Shown: piece by piece, positions 36,101-38,492 of the stretch
Position numbering within the stretch: position 1 is the first letter of the stretch
How the letters are laid out: every line of letters starts with the position of its first letter
NCBI GenBank assembly: GCA_046090945.1
Contig: JBJTAQ010000093.1
Coordinates: 1 to 38,492, forward strand
Direction: 5' to 3'
Source: Pirellula sp.
GTDB lineage: Bacteria; Planctomycetota; Planctomycetia; Pirellulales; Pirellulaceae
Length of the DNA: 38,492 nt
Translations under genes and position numbers: made by a program
Notes under the pieces: model-generated
Told to the model about the DNA's origin: nothing
What the model saw: only the letters and a program-made list of their open reading frames with translations
Databases searched by the model: none

Positions 36101-38492
36101 TGATTGCTCGAGCAGATAATCGGTCCATGGCCCGGGCGCGGAGTCCCGCCAAGTCTCCATCTCCTGGAGGTACTGATCCCAACGGTTTCTCGATAACTGA
36201 AAGTCGATCTGATACATCGACTGCTGGTAGTTAGTCCAGCCGCTGGTTGCAAATCGCCCGAGTAATAAGGCAAGTTCGTTCGCTCGCACCTTGTACTTTT
36301 TGTCAGCCCGCGCGATCTCCAACTCGAACTCTGCCCTGCGATCAACATGGGCAATCGCAAGCATTCGATCTACATCGGCGACCTTGAGATGATATCTCCG
36401 TAACAAATCCGATTCGCTTGCACTGCTTGAGACGATCAATCCATCGATACGACTCAGATAATTTGCCTCGATCTGATCTCGCTCTTTGAACAAGGCTGTG
36501 TCGTTAGCAATCCGCTGCGATTCGAATCGATAAACGAGGTTCGCGGTATCGATAGATTCATCAAGTGTGATTTTAAAGGATGTCTGAGCGGAGATATCGG
36601 CTGATCCTGAAACAGATCCTAGAAAGTTCCCATCGATCCAACCCCAGCCACCTATCCAGCCGTCGAGTGTCGGTGGTTTGTAGATCAAGGCATCCAAAAA
36701 TCGTTGCCTGGAGTTTTGAGCGATCAACGTTTCTCCTTCGAGATACGCGATCCCATCGAGGCCAGTTGCAAGTCGATGATCCAGCTCAGACTGCTTGGAC
36801 TGCTTAATAGATTCCATCCGCAGATCGGCAGCGGCTCTGGCATGCGACAAGACCAAGCGAGCATGATCGGAACGATACTCCTTTGTTGCCTCGATTCGCC
36901 CTTGGCGGTGCAAATGATCATCGGTCAATTCACCGATACGCTTGTTCGACTCTGCAACATTTTTCGCGACAGCGATTTCCTGCCAATGATCTGCTGTTTC
37001 CAGGCTGCGCTGCTCCTGGATCGAATCCGTTTGATTCAAGTACGTTCGACGAGCGATCGCTCGTTCAAGAGCAGCAGCAGACTCGGGTGTCGACAGCAAA
37101 TTCTTTAACCGCGTCAGGGAAACGCACCGAGCGGATGCGACTGAGCTATCGAATTGCCGCAATGCGGTGTCGCTTGCGACTCGTCGGTCGCGTTCAACCT
37201 TGATCAGCGCCCTTTGCAGATCACCCCATGCAATTGCTTGGGCGATTTCGAATCGGTGTCCCAGCAATTCAGCGTTTGTATCCCAACGATACGCGAGGTC
37301 TGCTCGACGCAGACTGTATTGTCGTTTAGTCTCCGCGACTGCGGTTTCGCGATGGTGCTCGATTTGAGCGATTTGCAAGGCGTGCTCCGATTGCAAAGCG
37401 ACCAATTCCCGCAGGCGCTCCCGCTGCAGCTCATAGGACTCGGGAGCCTGCTCGACTCGGATTCGGAGTATCTCCCAATCAAAAGCTTGTTGAGCATCGA
37501 ACCTCTGCCGGGCATGACGCAAGAGCGCGTCGTTGGCCGATTTCCAACTAGGTGGTGGTACTGTTCCCATCACCCTCGCAAGCTCGCCGTCTGCTCGGTC
37601 TAAGCTGGTTTGGAGATTCCGCTCGGCGGTGCGAACCTGTTGTGTATAGGATTCACTAAGGCGCTGAAGAGCACCCTGATATTTTGCTTCAAGTTGCTTT
37701 TGTTGGCTCTGTAAACTCTCATCGGCGACCGCGCGATCCTGTACATATTTCTGATAAACCTCCGAGTAATCTTCGAGAGAAATGCTTCGGAGATCCAAAC
37801 TGTTCTCAGCCATCGCATCTCGATAAGCTCTAGAGGCATCTGCAATTGCTGCGTCGTGCGCTCGCTGAGCGATCGATATTGCGATGGATGCTGTCTGTTC
37901 GATAAATCGATGATCGGCAAGCAAATCGGATCGCAAACTCTGCAGCGCTAATTGATACTCCTGATCGGTGCTCAGATCGGCACCGACATCGCTCAAATCG
38001 TCGTTTTGTAAAGCCGTGGCGAGATCAGCCGTCCGTGAAATCTCCGACACAACCCGCCGGTCCGACTCCGACGGAACCGCGACTGGTGGCTGAGGCATGC
38101 TTTCGTCGAGAGGTATCCATTCGGCACCAGGCACCAGTAGGCTCACAAGTGCTTGCGATGGCCATTGGATTGCAAGCTCCTCAGGGAGCGGCAGGTCAAG
38201 TTCATCGCTTCGAGCTTCTCTCAATCGCTCCCGAAGTGCCGCAAGAGCCTCCTTTTGGCCTGCTTCAAGCTCCAGTTGTGCATCGGACAACCGATCCCAA
38301 TAGCCTGCGCTTGCTTCGCGCATTGCAAGCTGTCGTGTGGCGATCGAGAGCAGGTTCTGCTCCTGAGTTTCATCTTCGACGGCTTGCCATGCACCGACGA
38401 GAATCGCAACGGCTTGGTTGATATCTCCTGCATGCTCGGATCGGTCCGAGCGTTCATCCCAGAAACCCTGGTTGATACGTTGAGAGAAATCC
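30122..38492 (-). CDS. Giant helical-repeat protein with C-terminal Tle1-like/DUF2235 alpha/beta-hydrolase domain, 5' end off the window
   Basis: The frame has no stop from 38323 to the window edge (checked by hand), so it is >2789 aa. C-terminal motifs IFIGGTG, YYGGVG, IFGWSRGAA, LGLFDPV, ANEDRSFF, PGAHGEIGG. Confidence 0.85.
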   Translation of the reverse strand, partial: DFSQRINQGFWDERSDRSEHAGDINQAVAILVGAWQAVEDETQEQNLLSIATRQLAMREASAGYWDRLSDAQLELEAGQKEALAALRERLREARSDELDLPLPEELAIQWPSQALVSLLVPGAEWIPLDESMPQPPVAVPSESDRRVVSEISRTADLATALQNDDLSDVGADLSTDQEYQLALQSLRSDLLADHRFIEQTASIAISIAQRAHDAAIADASRAYRDAMAENSLDLRSISLEDYSEVYQKYVQDRAVADESLQSQQKQLEAKYQGALQRLSESYTQQVRTAERNLQTSLDRADGELARVMGTVPPPSWKSANDALLRHARQRFDAQQAFDWEILRIRVEQAPESYELQRERLRELVALQSEHALQIAQIEHHRETAVAETKRQYSLRRADLAYRWDTNAELLGHRFEIAQAIAWGDLQRALIKVERDRRVASDTALRQFDSSVASARCVSLTRLKNLLSTPESAAALERAIARRTYLNQTDSIQEQRSLETADHWQEIAVAKNVAESNKRIGELTDDHLHRQGRIEATKEYRSDHARLVLSHARAAADLRMESIKQSKQSELDHRLATGLDGIAYLEGETLIAQNSRQRFLDALIYKPPTLDGWIGGWGWIDGNFLGSVSGSADISAQTSFKITLDESIDTANLVYRFESQRIANDTALFKERDQIEANYLSRIDGLIVSSSASESDLLRRYHLKVADVDRMLAIAHVDRRAEFELEIARADKKYKVRANELALLLGRFATSGWTNYQQSMYQIDFQLSRNRWDQYLQEMETWRDSAPGPWTDYLLEQSVWSRSMGIQEAQLSLDRSIQSSSRRDADQLESKQIELQSDSASAEIHLQYLENQLAASGELARSLAEAKYRFAVQTAGTSQIPEFGPNFNRPLVAKPTLLPLRIELVDRTALADRQLASAQLEASLQQADARYRHSMAIHQLWHELIDSNLDWDRYAEQVRMIDRVYSDKIEKIQSDHMQEKNLADSALRTERAELVRSIAMELETAKPIGARWAWLEDMPKSVLHDQAERLLAQEIQAAQDRYIQRLGEIQITRQDAISQNRYELGRNIRRIQFDALEFENLWMEREGNLQSEFEAMYGLRQAESRTKYQRRMIEDQARELEEIYRKLDPQSRSLLKQQSLAIAQRESSIREALVWKELSGATHQRAFQAESNNRHRQISNQIHDLQEQFENETAEIDRAARIEQARHHAEWMISSQELMHAYQKAEAILKSQYDLQSADALADLNRQLSEQHQKMAEQVGEIWKSYYLQIHSAPGPALSIFRRPIDEWLGLKVGRDNQTGIFWRYQPLPNDQLAGFTNRSPSGELQTRLAEIQSIWNSVQDQLRVEFALAIGQARSQRIEELYKASQQRILATNQADELLARATLTTEIHEKRLYENSQAEFIQQKDEIEIRKADQDRTEGITSTLKRNSIERGYQQRIDRSWIDYQRSWVDAQGQYHHAIARIDADRLHEASDQDARAQALAAHATGYAQWILDVSPDFTAWVVARAAAQADQSQQDLKAAQDRAIAERVAEESFLDHTDRIKRKTQREKSAVEFEFRLEKMSRSDTTVEDQRRLDLEYRLLVHSHELAYLQAVEDAETKAQVMKIQGRTGFEQAREKSLLMAEARYLQAVSDSQALMDWKDRSVGLTLAESLQNAQQTQLQSLRLNQLDTGLERSVSQLRKSLSDAMAQARFEFQIDHGSTSGRLQMVFADALCNWLSAAAIARIDAREELRQVVLGDWAEFLLRLAESQSESIESSNAEERRLADSHYRADIRYTEKIARAQLEQSEAVSVAEFAFRESEIQQDAGSLETASQAMLDYIAEVQAPALRMVHQINASERLTSNQIALAELEFQRDFDVYKYRQRLEQAKEFHESGFEWIIPQWNQARLEALADKRAAEAQLERSDRLLQITRESLLAQQMRTARKVLIDKEAEAYRDSELSSVSAYEQYVRNVSDLRIDAAHDIDIELDSAWSQFYLDITQAKESQAQAQAAASELKILAQSRQQVDHEKIQAELQRVADQGGWFASDLARRTVANLDWSVEQVLIQAIRLSARNNHADAGFLTIPQAPSIPRPARTSGDRRYDLVFSQTMSLSSDDPFTWRDTGFLAWIRSPREQFSAPYWALDKSVDRIRELGENSKFQELELAAGSWDPLSHGRDLPTATKTPTQLLIPESPATQQASSRVDPELSFVASQWLDLHGRMLPALQRPDHSDLISPRNLGWELSLPPVPVQTPVQESSKRFFIDDQTQWDELLSYASDSYGAIYGRNTSQRVKDLLDKYRKHVGNDCDGSQSDLLLRCSTARRVAYQDQVIVREGIVYWQYAIGIEPSRIEGNPVIQTSEIPLGQLDRFGWIYLPSGKRVLYSALRKWSDELILGSSDQISTLIDGLISPFTIDIQSKQYGIFIGGTGMHVHKIGNVERLYNLYQGSKFYYGGVGNPTEYDSDWYLHADNGAGYGWAAILDRIEADILAHYRGHQKIHIFGWSRGAAMAVEFSRRMQRYRIDIEFLGLFDPVYSYVLPGQSSELIQWSPQGRWGNYVGSVPARNVKAIGVIYAANEDRSFFPATQLYPNGISKLKLMKSPGAHGEIGGHFRSNPILQRLNMRAMIEMAAEDGHVEFRYQSIDPDIARILSSPLSGKLQLLGISDPLEQMEIHQKSLFAAKLENWIPMTDEEYYRALIDCTVRKWRPGPYGFQKDQFSGLLAFSLEVANELAPAGSGIAILRDGLIQQSPYTHYPRRLAWCTLELWDVGFLEQEPGRNRLTERQKETIRLFYHLRIDPATGNWIRPIP

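Noticed and set aside
30122-38492. Phage tape-measure or SMC protein
   Set aside because: No phage genes or Walker motifs in view, and the C-terminus is a DUF2235-type hydrolase.
1-38492. Many 60-260 aa antisense or alternate-frame ORFs; CRISPR arrays; IS elements
   Set aside because: The shadow ORFs lie within well-supported genes and lack motifs; no spaced direct repeats, transposase or integrase were seen.

Overview
Chromosomal window, most likely from a planctomycete (Pirellulaceae-like; inferred from the gene repertoire and the density of CGATCG/ATCGAT words). It holds about 24 plausible genes: a sugar ABC permease and binding lipoprotein, NhaR-type LysR, CoA-binding protein, secreted beta-propellers, HEAT/TPR and STN-domain proteins, RraA, M81/MlrC peptidase, SASA esterase, a YtrA-type GntR/ABC exporter operon with a visible operator, a stand-alone RNA polymerase alpha-CTD protein, a zincin-LRR protein, Uma2 nuclease, RarD, S46 dipeptidyl peptidase, an AsmA-like protein and AsnB. 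No CRISPR array, canonical tRNA, rRNA or transposase was seen. Three things stand out: (1) an unannotated ~170-200 nt intergenic element (3441-3640, minus strand) that folds into a 6S-RNA-like rod; (2) an 87-aa free alpha-CTD mimic with its own promoter that keeps the DNA-binding residues; (3) a giant (>2789 aa, truncated by the window edge) helical-repeat protein ending in an intact Tle1/DUF2235 lipase-like domain, with no downstream immunity gene. All family calls come from motif recognition by eye, not database searches.
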